DNA of 64,000 bases from an uncultured Candidatus Saccharibacteria bacterium (GCA_937903325.1 CALCZR010000056.1:64451-128450); one strand, 5' to 3'; positions 9,161 to 19,436 are shown, counted from the first letter of the stretch. Notes: a model not told the origin generated them from the letters alone. Numbers and translations are program-made.

Positions 9161-10294
9161 ATGAATTTTAGCGAAGAAGCACTCAAGAAACACAAAGAAC
9201 TCAAAGGTAAGATAGCCGTAAGTCTGAAAGACAAGCTAGATAGCCAAGGTAAACTAAGTACCTATTACACTCCCGGTGTGGCTGCGGTGAGTAGCCATGT
9301 TGCTGAGCATCCGGAAGAAGCCCGAGACTACACCTGGCTGAATAATAACGTGGCAGTTATCAGTGATGGATCTGCCGTACTCGGCCTCGGAGATATTGGG
9401 CCATATGGCGCCCTCCCCGTTATGGAAGGCAAAGCTATGTTGTTTAAGCACTTTGCTGACATCGATGCCGTGCCTATTATCTTAGACGTGCATAGCGCGG
9501 ACGAGATTGTAGCAGCCGTGAAAGCGATTGCTCCAAGTTTTGGTGGTATTAACTTAGAGGATATTGCTGCCCCTATTTGCTTTGAAGTAGAGGAGCGTCT
9601 CAAAGCAGAACTGAGTATCCCGGTCTTTCACGATGACCAACACGGAACAGCTATTGTTGTACTGGCAGGCCTCATTAATGCAATGAAGATCACCGGACGC
9701 AACCTTGTCGACTGTCGTATCGTCTGCGTGGGAGCTGGTGCTGCTGGTACAGCCATCATAAAGCTTCTCTACTTATACACCCAACCAGAAATTCTGGCGG
9801 TAGACAGTAAGGGCATTGTTAGTAGCGATCGCAGTGACCTCAACGACGAAAAGAAGAAACTGCTCGAAGTAACCAACAAGAATAATGTATCTGGCAGCCT
9901 CGAAGACGCACTGAAGGGTGCGGACATCTTTATCGGTGTCTCTAAGGCTGGACTACTCACCGCAGATATGGTCAAGACTATGGCCAAGGACCCTATTGTC
10001 TTTGCTATGGCTAACCCAACACCTGAGATTATGCCCGACGAGGCAAAGGCTGCTGGGGTAGCCATTATGGCTACTGGTCGTAGTGACTTCCCTAATCAAG
10101 TTAATAACTCACTGGCCTTCCCGGGGATATTCCGTGGCGCCCTCGACAACCGAGTAAGTAAAATTACTGACGAACATAAGATCGCTGCAGCTGAGGTTAT
10201 TGCCGGACTAGTTGAGAATCCTACTGTGGATCAGATTATCCCAAGCAACTTGGACGATCGTCTGGTGCCTGAAATAGCTAAAGTTATCGTATAA
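9161..10294 (+). CDS. NAD(P)-dependent malic enzyme (short form)
   Basis: 377 aa with YTPGVA, VISDGSAVLGLGDIG and VCVGAGAAG dinucleotide-binding motifs. Confidence 0.85.
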   Translation: MNFSEEALKKHKELKGKIAVSLKDKLDSQGKLSTYYTPGVAAVSSHVAEHPEEARDYTWLNNNVAVISDGSAVLGLGDIGPYGALPVMEGKAMLFKHFADIDAVPIILDVHSADEIVAAVKAIAPSFGGINLEDIAAPICFEVEERLKAELSIPVFHDDQHGTAIVVLAGLINAMKITGRNLVDCRIVCVGAGAAGTAIIKLLYLYTQPEILAVDSKGIVSSDRSDLNDEKKKLLEVTNKNNVSGSLEDALKGADIFIGVSKAGLLTADMVKTMAKDPIVFAMANPTPEIMPDEAKAAGVAIMATGRSDFPNQVNNSLAFPGIFRGALDNRVSKITDEHKIAAAEVIAGLVENPTVDQIIPSNLDDRLVPEIAKVIV

Positions 10295-10295
10295 T

Positions 10296-11084
10296 CTACA
10301 GGCCTGCGGGTTTCTCAGGACGTAATACGTATAGACGCTGATATGCCATGGCATGACCAAGTATCGAGCTAGCGGTTCTGGAACCTTGAAATGCGTCATA
10401 CAGTTGCGCTAATCTGGCTTGACGGCTTGTGCCCTCGTTGGAGATGGCCGCCGGCAGTATGTCTGCGCCTTTAACACGTCGTGCGCCATTAGTGTGCGCA
10501 ACAGTATCGTATGCGGCAGTTGTTTCATAGCCAGCACCCCTGAAGAGCCATGAGTGGAGTAGTGGCCCGGCTAATATTCGGTGAGTGCGATCAAACAATC
10601 CGGTCTCTGGCCGCTGACCTTCTTTTACGGAGCGTAACCCCTCAACCCACGTCATTACCCGTGTCGGACTAATGATGGGCATGGACACTATGAGCCGATG
10701 ATCTGGAGTACCAACCCGTTGTACTTCGGCCAACGCCTGACGAGCTTCTTTTACTGTAAGATGTTCAATAATGTCGAGCGCTAAGATACGTGAGAAACTA
10801 CGATCTCGAAATGGTAGCTGCAGGGCGTTGCCTTGAATCGGAAGTTCAGTCTCATTATGCTCGGTTGCGGCACTGGTTATATCCAGGCCCACAACAGAAC
10901 CAGACTCAGTTAGTCGCTCGGCAAAATTGGCTACTCCATCGCTCGCACCAATATCCAGTATCTTCCCTGGCTCTGAGTCTCTCAAAATAGCTGCAACAGT
11001 GTTATATACCGAGTTATCTCCCCTCTGCCCTATAGGGATTGCTGTGTAGACGCTTTCACCAGTTGAAGTAAGATTCGCACTCAT
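10296..11084 (-). CDS. class I SAM-dependent methyltransferase
   Basis: ILDIGASDG motif I and LPFRDRSFSRILALDIIEHL, typical of Methyltransf_11-type enzymes. Confidence 0.7.
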   Translation of the reverse strand: MSANLTSTGESVYTAIPIGQRGDNSVYNTVAAILRDSEPGKILDIGASDGVANFAERLTESGSVVGLDITSAATEHNETELPIQGNALQLPFRDRSFSRILALDIIEHLTVKEARQALAEVQRVGTPDHRLIVSMPIISPTRVMTWVEGLRSVKEGQRPETGLFDRTHRILAGPLLHSWLFRGAGYETTAAYDTVAHTNGARRVKGADILPAAISNEGTSRQARLAQLYDAFQGSRTASSILGHAMAYQRLYVLRPEKPAGL

Positions 11085-11131
11085 AAAGGCGATAGTATAG
11101 TACAGATACTGTTGATGCGCTAGCGGAAGTT

Positions 11132-12742
11132 TTAGCCAAGTACACGGAACACTTCTTCGAGTGTTGTTTCGCCCTTGAGTAGACGCAGCACTGCATTGTG
11201 CAGCATGGTTAGCATTCCACCCTCGATGGCGGCTGATTCAAGCTGCTGGGTAGTTATTTCGGCTGTTGGCCTCGTGAGTAATTCGCGAAGTGGATCGGTC
11301 ATTACTAGTTGTTCACGGAGAGCTATCTGGCCCTTAAAGCCAAACGGATTCTCTGGTGAAGTGCCAGCTTTATACAATGTTACGTTACTAAGATCTGGCT
11401 TTTGCACGTTCTCTGGAAAGGTATCAACAATAGCCTGCAGTCGCTTCTTAGTCGCTTCGTCAGGTTGGTAAGCAACCTTACTGGCATCGTCCAGTTTTCT
11501 AACCAGACGCTGAGCCATGATCAACCGGATAGCAGAAGTAAACAGTGGGTTCTGGCCAATAATATCTACCATACGAGTCATAGCGGCCGCTGCTGAACTG
11601 GCGTGAAAGGTAGAAAGTACAAGGTGTCCGGTGAGCGATGCCTGCAGTGCGGTTTTGGCGGTATCGTTATCTCGAATCTCACCAACCATGACGACGTCTG
11701 GGTCAAGACGTAGCACGGCACGGAGTTTCTCGGCAAACGACGTCTCCTGGCTACTCTGTGTAGTGATAGACACCTGAGTGATACCAGCGAACTGGTATTC
11801 TACTGGGTCTTCGATGGTAATAATCTTCCGGGTATCACTGTTAAGGGTATTAAGCATGGAATACAGTGTTGTAGTCTTACCGGAGCCAGTAGGACCAACG
11901 GCTAGTACCAGGCCACTTGGCTTACGGATAATGGCATCTACGACGGCACGTTCATACGGTTCCAGACCGAGTCGGTCCAGGTTGTACATATCTGCCTTCA
12001 TGTTGAACAGGCGCATAACGATGTCCATACCATTAATAGCGGGTACGGTCTCAACACGGAGGTTTACATCTACCGTAGACTTGTCAGCCATGGTGACGCG
12101 CTGAGTGATGTGACCTTGCTGTGCTTCGTTGGCAGAAGTCGAGACGTTGGCGCTGCTGGCAATGGCGGACGTGAGCATACGACTACGTTCGTGACTGATA
12201 CGGGCAATTGGATGCAGTACGCCGTCGATACGGAAACGGATGCGTACAATGTCAGGCTGGTTCTCAATGTGAATGTCAGAAGCTTCAAGCTTGTGGGCCT
12301 GGTCGGTGAGATAGGCCAGCATGTCATCTGCCCGCACCTGATCTAAGGTTGCAGACACCTGCTCGATAAGAGAGTCTTGCGTACCAGCTGTGCCATTAAT
12401 AGAGATGTCTTGGTAGACCACTTGTTTTGGTGGGTCGTAGAGCTTCATGTAATCTCGGAAGCCAGTATCAGAGATAAGAACATAACTAACACGCTGGTCC
12501 ATGAAACGTTGGGTGAGGGCGTTCATGGTCTGTTGTGAAGTAGTCGTTGTAATACCAAAGACAACTTTATTCTGACTGACTTCCAGCGGAATGATCTTTA
12601 GAGAGTAGAGTTCTTCATTGGGCATGAAGTCCTTGAAGATAGGTTTAGGCCCGGGTTGAGAAGTATCAATATAATTAAGCCCCAGTAAACGGGCGCGGCG
12701 CAGTGTGGACTGCTCTTCAGTGAGTCGAATATCTTCAGACAT
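11132..12742 (-). CDS. pilB: type IV pilus / type II secretion assembly ATPase (GspE/PilB family)
   Basis: 536 aa with Walker A GPTGSGKTTTLYSML, Asp box and His box TGHLVLSTFH. Confidence 0.85.
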   Translation of the reverse strand: MSEDIRLTEEQSTLRRARLLGLNYIDTSQPGPKPIFKDFMPNEELYSLKIIPLEVSQNKVVFGITTTTSQQTMNALTQRFMDQRVSYVLISDTGFRDYMKLYDPPKQVVYQDISINGTAGTQDSLIEQVSATLDQVRADDMLAYLTDQAHKLEASDIHIENQPDIVRIRFRIDGVLHPIARISHERSRMLTSAIASSANVSTSANEAQQGHITQRVTMADKSTVDVNLRVETVPAINGMDIVMRLFNMKADMYNLDRLGLEPYERAVVDAIIRKPSGLVLAVGPTGSGKTTTLYSMLNTLNSDTRKIITIEDPVEYQFAGITQVSITTQSSQETSFAEKLRAVLRLDPDVVMVGEIRDNDTAKTALQASLTGHLVLSTFHASSAAAAMTRMVDIIGQNPLFTSAIRLIMAQRLVRKLDDASKVAYQPDEATKKRLQAIVDTFPENVQKPDLSNVTLYKAGTSPENPFGFKGQIALREQLVMTDPLRELLTRPTAEITTQQLESAAIEGGMLTMLHNAVLRLLKGETTLEEVFRVLG

Positions 12743-12749
12743 TACTACT

Positions 12750-12755
12750 ATTATA
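12750..12755 (-). promoter_or_regulatory. -10 TATAAT, 7 nt before pilB ATG (leaderless candidate)
   Basis: Minus strand: TATAAT-agtagta-ATG. Confidence 0.45.
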
Positions 12756-12814
12756 TAGGCATAAGCAGGATATATACAGTCAAACTAATGCTATTACTCC
12801 TAGCCCACCTCTTG

Positions 12815-12820
12815 TATAGT
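12815..12820 (+). promoter_or_regulatory. -10-like TATAGT, 7 nt before trmH-like ATG (leaderless candidate)
   Basis: gTATAGTAGTggccATG. Confidence 0.45.
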
Positions 12821-12827
12821 AGTGGCC

Positions 12828-13340
12828 ATGCGACAAATTATCGTCATTGCTCACAATATGCGTAGCACCCACAATGTTGGCTCCTTGTTGCGCACAGCGG
12901 AGGGTCTGGCAATAGCCAAAGTTTACCTAAGTGGATACACACCATATCCAGTCACTAAGCACGATACCCGCTTGCCGCATATGTCTGCCAAGCTTACCAA
13001 ACAGATTAGTAAAACCGCCCTTGGTGCAGAAGATCTTGTGCCGTGGGAGCACACTGAATCTTTGCCTGGTGTCATTGCAGAGCTCAAGAAGCAAGGCTTC
13101 ATCGTCTACGCGCTCGAACAGACACCCGATTCAGTGAGACTAAAGACTCTCAAGACGCCAGAAAAAGTTGCCATTATCTTAGGCCGTGAGGTTGAGGGAT
13201 TGGAACAAGAAATCATAGACCTGTGTGATGGTGCATTAGAAATCCCCATGCTTGGTCACAAGGAGTCATATAACGTGGTCCAAGCCGCTGCCATGGCCAT
13301 GTATCACTGTCGTTTCCAGGACTTTACTTGGCGAGCGTAA
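12828..13340 (+). CDS. SpoU/TrmH-family RNA 2'-O-methyltransferase
   Basis: NMRSTHNVGSLLRTAEGL and ILGREVEGL...IPMLGHKESYNV motifs. The ATG at 12828 is preferred over the GTG at 12822. Confidence 0.8.
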   Translation: MRQIIVIAHNMRSTHNVGSLLRTAEGLAIAKVYLSGYTPYPVTKHDTRLPHMSAKLTKQISKTALGAEDLVPWEHTESLPGVIAELKKQGFIVYALEQTPDSVRLKTLKTPEKVAIILGREVEGLEQEIIDLCDGALEIPMLGHKESYNVVQAAAMAMYHCRFQDFTWRA

Positions 13341-13366
13341 GCGCGTTGGGGTACAATTAAAGGAAT

Positions 13367-14671
13367 ATGCCTGGCAGTACCAGAAATCATTCGGCGCACC
13401 GTAAGCGCCACGGTCATCACCAAAAACGCACTACACATTTCCTGAAAGTGTATAAGCCGTTTTTGCCGTTACTGCTTCTCGTCGTTATCACGCTGGGTTT
13501 TGTGTCGACTTCAACACTGAGAATTGGTCAGAAAAGCTCAGGAACAGTAAGTAGTAACAATACTCCAGTAAATACAGAGCAGGTCCTATCCTATGCTACC
13601 AATATTGATCCAGGTGGCCTTCTGGCTGCTACGAATCAACGACGCTCTGCCGCCGGATTGGGCGGCCTCAGTAACAATGGTAAATTGGCCCAAGCGGCTC
13701 AAGCCAAAGCTAATGACATGGCTGCCCGAAACTATTGGGCACACAATACTCCAGACGGTTCCCCACCATGGGTCTTTATTAACAACGCCGGGTACAGTTA
13801 TAACCGAGCTGGTGAAAACCTGGCATGTGGTTTTAACGACAGTACGGCTGTCATAACCGGCTGGTACAACAGCCCTTCTCACCGAGACAACCTTCTGGGT
13901 GACTACCAAGATGTAGGCTTTGGAATCGCCAACGCCGCAGGCTATAACTGTGGGGACTTCCCAGCAACCGAGCAAACCATTGTGGTCGCTATGTACGGCA
14001 CTCCGTACAGTCCGCCAGCAAGTCAACCCCAAGCGCAAACACCAGCTCCGAGTGGCGGTGGTCCGGTAGCTACTAGACCTGCGGTCAACTCACAAGCAAC
14101 TGGCAGTGCTGCTCCTACGGCTGAATCATCACAAAAACACACCGTGACACTTACCATTACCGACAAGAATAATAAGGCGTCTGCAAATACTAAAGTAACC
14201 CTTCACTCAGACCCACAGACAGCAATAACAAACAAGCAGGGACAAGTCACCTTTAAGGATGTCGAGACGGGTAAGCACACCGTTATTGTTGAGATTAGTG
14301 GCGCTAAGTCAGAGACCCCTATTGACCTCACTGGTCAGGCGGCTGACTTCAAGATGACGATAGTTAAGCCAGAACTGTCTAGTAATCAGACCACGCGTGA
14401 CTCATCAGTAATCTACAGTCCAGCAAAGCCCAAGAAAGTTAGTCGAATAGATCTGCTTATCAACAACTTCAGTCTAGAGCTCACCTGGCTACTTGTTCTT
14501 CTAGTATTAGGTGGCGGATCATACGTACTTGTTAAGCACAGTATTGCCGCACACAAATTCTTCGTCAAAGGCGAGCGCTACATGCACAAGCACAAGTTGG
14601 TAGACATTGCCGTAATACTTCTTATTATCGCCCTGTATATCCTCACCCGCAACGTTGGTGTGATCCTATAG
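13367..14671 (+). CDS. membrane-anchored CAP/SCP (YkwD-like) domain protein
   Basis: N-terminal TM, CAP-like core (AQAKANDMAARNYWAH...GENLA...SPSHRDNLL), Pro/Gln linker, an Ig/carboxypeptidase-regulatory-like beta segment (VTLHSDPQTAITNKQGQVTFKDVETGKHTV) and two C-terminal TM helices. Confidence 0.7.
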   Translation: MPGSTRNHSAHRKRHGHHQKRTTHFLKVYKPFLPLLLLVVITLGFVSTSTLRIGQKSSGTVSSNNTPVNTEQVLSYATNIDPGGLLAATNQRRSAAGLGGLSNNGKLAQAAQAKANDMAARNYWAHNTPDGSPPWVFINNAGYSYNRAGENLACGFNDSTAVITGWYNSPSHRDNLLGDYQDVGFGIANAAGYNCGDFPATEQTIVVAMYGTPYSPPASQPQAQTPAPSGGGPVATRPAVNSQATGSAAPTAESSQKHTVTLTITDKNNKASANTKVTLHSDPQTAITNKQGQVTFKDVETGKHTVIVEISGAKSETPIDLTGQAADFKMTIVKPELSSNQTTRDSSVIYSPAKPKKVSRIDLLINNFSLELTWLLVLLVLGGGSYVLVKHSIAAHKFFVKGERYMHKHKLVDIAVILLIIALYILTRNVGVIL

Positions 14672-14726
14672 CAACATAACAAGTAAGCAAGTAATAATCT
14701 GTAGCAACTAACGCATTGATAGGCTA

Positions 14727-17700
14727 TTAGCTAAGCTTTATATTAGCTTCCCCAACCAAAGCTGCCAGAGATTTATGTACTTCGTCAGTATGACCAATTT
14801 GCATAGGGAGTTTAATGACTTGGCGGTTGTCGCTATCTCCGAGCACCAGGACTACTTCCGTAGACCCACTGTGTTGGTCAATAACAGACTTAAGTTGCAT
14901 AAGAGTTTGCTGGTCGTTGCTGTTAGCTAACTTTATATAGAGCCGCGGCTCACCACCAGATCCCGTGCTATCCACACTCTTACCAGAAACCTTCTCCGTC
15001 TTTTTCTTTGCTCCGGGCTTCTTGGGTACTTTCTGCTTCTTCATATTCGGTATGTAATTCTTAGCTTCGGCATGGGTAATTTCTCGAGCCGAGTCTACCA
15101 GAATCTTTACCTCGTTCGACACTTTGCCATCTCGGTCTTCTCCGGATATTTTCCCTGTTACCAGCACGACGGTGTCTCGTTGCCACAGGTCCACACTTTC
15201 ACCGTATACTCTTGGGAATAGAATAAGCTCTAGCTCGCCATGCTCGTCAGCAATCTGCACGAAGGCCATCTTCTGGCCGTTCTTGGTAGTAATTTCACGA
15301 GAATCCAGGATAACACCACCCACTGTTGCTGCCTTGTTGTGAAGCTCGGGAGTCAGCAGATTCGTTGGTATGGTCTGTTCACGAAGCCAGATTTTGTAAT
15401 CTTCCAGTGGATGCTGTGAAAGGTAGAGGCCAAGTAGTTCTCGCTCCCATTGTAGCTGCTCGCGCATGACAGGTTCGCCAGCAAGTTCAGTCAGCTTAAG
15501 TTTGGGGCGTACTTCGTCACTGGCTTCAATAGCATCTCCGAACAGATCAATTTGTCCACTAGCCTTCTCTTTCTGGATGCGGCTACCGTAGGCTAGAAGA
15601 ACATCTAGGTTATCCAACAGTTGGGCTCGTACTCCGAAGCGATCCAGTCCCCCAGTCTTTATAAGACTTTCCAGAGCTTTGCGGTTCACGATTCGCACAC
15701 TGACGCGTTCGAAGAAATCTTCGAGGCCGGCAAATGGGCTTTCGGCACGAGCTCGCAGGATCTCTTCTACTGCTGCCGTACCGACATTCTTAATGGCGGC
15801 CATGCCAAAGCGGATTTGGTGACTGTCAGGTACGACTGCGAACTCCACGAACGATTCGTTAACATCTGGTGCTAGCACGGTAATACCCATGTTGTTACAC
15901 TCGGTGATCTCAATAGCCAAGCGGTCAATATCGTCGTAGTCACTGGTCATGAGGGCAGCCATGAAAGACTCTGGGTAATGTGCCTTGAGATAGGCTGTCT
16001 GGTAGGCGATAAGGCCATAACAAGCGGAGTGGCTCTTATTGAAACAGTAGTCAGCGAATGCTTCCAGTTGGGCCCAGAACTTTTCCGCAAAGCTCTTTGG
16101 TACTTTGCTGTTTTCGATCATACCGTCGATAAAGGCCACCTTCATCTTGGCCATAGTCTCACGCTGTTTTTTCCCAATGGCCTTACGGAGGGTATCTGCT
16201 TGGCCCCCAGTAAAGCCACACATATCCTTACTGATCTGCATGAACTGTTCTTGGTAGACAAGAATACCATAGGTTTCAGATAGTGCGGCACGTAGCCCTT
16301 CGTGTTCGTAGGTAACTTCCATAAGCCCGTGCTTACGAGCAATAAAGTCGTCAATAAATTGCATTGGTCCGGGGCGGTATAAGGCTACCATGGCAATAAT
16401 GTCAGCGAACTCACTGGGCTTAAGCTCACGAAGGTAGCGCTTCATACCGGCAGATTCTAGCTGGAATACTCCGGTAGTATCTCCTCGCTGCAAGAGCTCA
16501 AAGGTCTTCTTGTCATCCAGCGGAATAGTCGATATGTCTATGTCTACATCGTTAACACGCTTAATAATACGCAGAGCGTTCTTAATAATGGTCAAGTTAG
16601 ATAACCCTAAGAAGTCCATCTTAAGCAGTCCGAGCTCTTCTACGGGACCCATTGAGTACTGCGTAGATACCACGCCTTTCTGTGCCATTTCGAGCGGAGC
16701 AAATTTGACGATCTCATCTGGCGCGATCACGACACCAGCGGCGTGGATGCCGTGACTCCGAATGGTGCCTTCCATTTGCACAGCTAAGTCAAAGATGCGC
16801 TTACTCTGCTCACTCGATTCATACTCGGCTTTGAGGTCCTGGTCTTTGACCAAAGACGTAGCCAGTGGAATGTGTCTTCCCTGTACTGGCGGTGGGATCA
16901 TCTTAGATAAGCGGTCAGCTTCAGCATAGGGAATTTGTAGTACACGGGAAACATCTCGTACGGCGTTACGGGCGGCCATACGACCGAATGTTACAATATT
17001 AGCCACCCGTTCCTTGCCGTACTTCTGGACACAGTACTGGATAACTTCATCCCGCCGGGTATCCTGGATATCGATATCCACATCCGGCATGCTAATACGG
17101 TCAGGGTTCAAGAAGCGCTCAAACAGCAGGTCGTACTCGATCGGGTCAAGCTCAGTAATACGCATAGCGTAGGCAATAATTGACCCAGCAGCCGAACCCC
17201 GACCCGGGCCAAAGACAATACCTTCTCGTTTACCCCAGTTAATAAAGTCAGCAACAATCAGGAAGTAGCCATTGAAACCCATTTCTTTAATAACAGATAG
17301 TTCATATTCCGCCCGCTCGAGGATAGCCTTAGGAAGGGTTTTTTTGCACAGCGGGATTGTTAGCTTTGCTGCGTCCTCCTGACTGACGCCACCGTATCGC
17401 CACGCCAACCCTTGGTATACCCACTTGTGCAAGTGTGAACTCTCGGTTTCTCCTTCTGGTACGGGAAATTTAGGGATAAGGATCTGCCCCAGTGTAATGT
17501 CTACCTTACAGCGGTCGGCAATGGCTTTAGTGTTGGTTATGACCTCGGGATGTTCTTCGCTCCAGCGGGCTATGATCTCATTCGGATCTGTTACATGCAA
17601 TTCAAATTCTTTGAGGCTCATACGCTTTTCGTCGCTCAAGAACGAGCCAGTCTGTACGCATAACAGTAACTCATGCGCTTCCTGGTCGGCATGCGTGAGG

Positions 17701-18368
17701 TAGTGGGCATCACAGGTTAGTGCGCATTCGATACCTAGTTCCTTGGCCAGTTTAAAGCTCTGTTCGGTTACCGCTACCTGTTCATCCCACCTGCTCTGGT
17801 GCTTGGGGTGACCATGGTCCTGGATCTCTATGTAATAGCGGTCCCCAAAGACTGACTTGTACCACTCGGCGGTCTTCTTAGCTTGCTCGTACTGGTCGTT
17901 ACGGAGCGCATCTCCGATTTCACCACCAATACAGCCACTGAGCACGATGAGTCCTTCATTGTATTTCTCTAGAAGATCATGGTCGACACGAGGTTTGTAG
18001 TAGAACCCATCCAGATTAGCAATACTGCTTAGTCGCATAAGGTTCTCGTACCCCTGGTTGTTCATGGCTAGCAAGATAAGGTGAAATGGTGTTTTATCTT
18101 TAGAAGGATCTCGGTCATTATGTTTTCTAGGAGCGACGTATGTTTCCATACCAATAACCGGCCGCACGCCACTAGCATGAGCGGTCTTGTAGAATTCAAT
18201 AGCGCCAGACATAGTACCGTGGTCAGTAATAGCTACGGCTTCCATACCGACTTTTTTGACGTAGTCCATGAGGGCAGGCACCTTGGTAAGACCATCCAGC
18301 AAACTATACTGTGTGTGGTTGTGCAGGTGTACGTAATCGGCTGGTGTTAGTGTTGTCTTGGTCGCCAC
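14727..18368 (-). CDS. dnaE: DNA polymerase III alpha subunit
   Basis: 1213 aa with a PHP domain (HLHNHTQYSLLDG) and polymerase core. GTG start, with TATAAT at 18440..18435 upstream. Confidence 0.95.
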   Translation of the reverse strand: MATKTTLTPADYVHLHNHTQYSLLDGLTKVPALMDYVKKVGMEAVAITDHGTMSGAIEFYKTAHASGVRPVIGMETYVAPRKHNDRDPSKDKTPFHLILLAMNNQGYENLMRLSSIANLDGFYYKPRVDHDLLEKYNEGLIVLSGCIGGEIGDALRNDQYEQAKKTAEWYKSVFGDRYYIEIQDHGHPKHQSRWDEQVAVTEQSFKLAKELGIECALTCDAHYLTHADQEAHELLLCVQTGSFLSDEKRMSLKEFELHVTDPNEIIARWSEEHPEVITNTKAIADRCKVDITLGQILIPKFPVPEGETESSHLHKWVYQGLAWRYGGVSQEDAAKLTIPLCKKTLPKAILERAEYELSVIKEMGFNGYFLIVADFINWGKREGIVFGPGRGSAAGSIIAYAMRITELDPIEYDLLFERFLNPDRISMPDVDIDIQDTRRDEVIQYCVQKYGKERVANIVTFGRMAARNAVRDVSRVLQIPYAEADRLSKMIPPPVQGRHIPLATSLVKDQDLKAEYESSEQSKRIFDLAVQMEGTIRSHGIHAAGVVIAPDEIVKFAPLEMAQKGVVSTQYSMGPVEELGLLKMDFLGLSNLTIIKNALRIIKRVNDVDIDISTIPLDDKKTFELLQRGDTTGVFQLESAGMKRYLRELKPSEFADIIAMVALYRPGPMQFIDDFIARKHGLMEVTYEHEGLRAALSETYGILVYQEQFMQISKDMCGFTGGQADTLRKAIGKKQRETMAKMKVAFIDGMIENSKVPKSFAEKFWAQLEAFADYCFNKSHSACYGLIAYQTAYLKAHYPESFMAALMTSDYDDIDRLAIEITECNNMGITVLAPDVNESFVEFAVVPDSHQIRFGMAAIKNVGTAAVEEILRARAESPFAGLEDFFERVSVRIVNRKALESLIKTGGLDRFGVRAQLLDNLDVLLAYGSRIQKEKASGQIDLFGDAIEASDEVRPKLKLTELAGEPVMREQLQWERELLGLYLSQHPLEDYKIWLREQTIPTNLLTPELHNKAATVGGVILDSREITTKNGQKMAFVQIADEHGELELILFPRVYGESVDLWQRDTVVLVTGKISGEDRDGKVSNEVKILVDSAREITHAEAKNYIPNMKKQKVPKKPGAKKKTEKVSGKSVDSTGSGGEPRLYIKLANSNDQQTLMQLKSVIDQHSGSTEVVLVLGDSDNRQVIKLPMQIGHTDEVHKSLAALVGEANIKLS

Positions 18369-18442
18369 TGGCTCGAGCTCTCCTACCTGTCTCTTAAGTC
18401 TCTCAGTGCTCGTAGTAACGAGCTTATCCCTTCTATTATATA

Positions 18443-18471
18443 GAAAAAGTCCCCGGTTTTATGCCGGGGAC
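18443..18471 (-). terminator. rho-independent terminator after ORF 18506..19375
   Basis: Minus strand: GTCCCCGG-CATAAAA-CCGGGGAC followed by TTTTT. Confidence 0.7.
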
Positions 18472-18505
18472 CACGTAATTACAACGAACTTATAGCTTGT
18501 TATTC

Positions 18506-19375
18506 TTATGACGCTGGACTCACGTCAGTAGGCAATCCTCTTCGCATACGAGCTGTCCTAAGCAATGGCGCTAATTGAGTTGCACGTTCCAGGAGTCTAC
18601 TAGTTTTAGCTGCAAAAAAGTCATAGTATGATATTCGACCGCCCGCTGCGAGTCGAGTACTAATACCTAGCCACCGGGCAACTGCTACGTAGCGGTCATC
18701 CAAAGGCATCCTTGTGTGTTCGGTATCTGGCGTAACTTGGTGTAGATCCAAATGCTCTAGGCTGAGAGCTACATCCATTGTTCCCCTGTCAATGAGGCCA
18801 GTTAGTTCTTCGTCGGATAAGCCACTAGTGCGTATATCAAATATCATATTTCCCCAAAACCCCTTAGGGGCACCCCAGAGTGCCGGTAAGTGTGCCTTCC
18901 CACGATCGTGGTAGAAGAAGTCGCCTGCCCCGTCCGAATCGTAAGAGATTTCTGTTGCCAGCGGCCAGTGCATAGCTTCGTATGTGTTCGTAAATTGTGA
19001 GGGCGGAGTTTTAGCGCCAGGTACGTATACGGCAAGTGGTACGTCTACACCCGGTGTACCGCCTAGTTCAGTACTGAGCTGGTTTATTGCGCCGGCAGAA
19101 GGATGTGTCTGCAGATATATCTTTTGAGTATCACCGCCATGAGCAGAACCGTCAAGAACAGCGGAACCTCGCTGGTATAAGTTACCTACTATATTTGTTA
19201 TATCTCTCGTCTCATAACCTTGTAAGGGTGCGTGAGAATGTGAGACGTTCTGCACTACTAGATCTACATCAGGACCCAGAACTAGTGTTTGCTCACCAGG
19301 TAGGGGGACGATGTTTGGATATGCTTCAATAAAGCCTGCAGGATTGCCACTTAAGGGAAGACTAGTACGATACAT
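18506..19375 (-). CDS. hypothetical protein (289 aa)
   Basis: Long ORF bracketed by its own consensus-like promoter and terminator. I recognise no motif. Confidence 0.6.
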   Translation of the reverse strand: MYRTSLPLSGNPAGFIEAYPNIVPLPGEQTLVLGPDVDLVVQNVSHSHAPLQGYETRDITNIVGNLYQRGSAVLDGSAHGGDTQKIYLQTHPSAGAINQLSTELGGTPGVDVPLAVYVPGAKTPPSQFTNTYEAMHWPLATEISYDSDGAGDFFYHDRGKAHLPALWGAPKGFWGNMIFDIRTSGLSDEELTGLIDRGTMDVALSLEHLDLHQVTPDTEHTRMPLDDRYVAVARWLGISTRLAAGGRISYYDFFAAKTSRLLERATQLAPLLRTARMRRGLPTDVSPAS

Positions 19376-19381
19376 ATCAAT

Positions 19382-19410
19382 ATATTAACATAATATATAA
19401 ATACTGTCAA
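19382..19410 (-). promoter_or_regulatory. promoter TTGACA-N17-TAATAT, 6 nt before ATG (leaderless candidate)
   Basis: Minus strand: TTGACA (19410..19405), 17-nt spacer, TAATAT (19387..19382), attgat, ATG at 19375. Confidence 0.55.
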
Positions 19411-19436
19411 TAATAACTCTTGTTGGCTTGTTCTGT

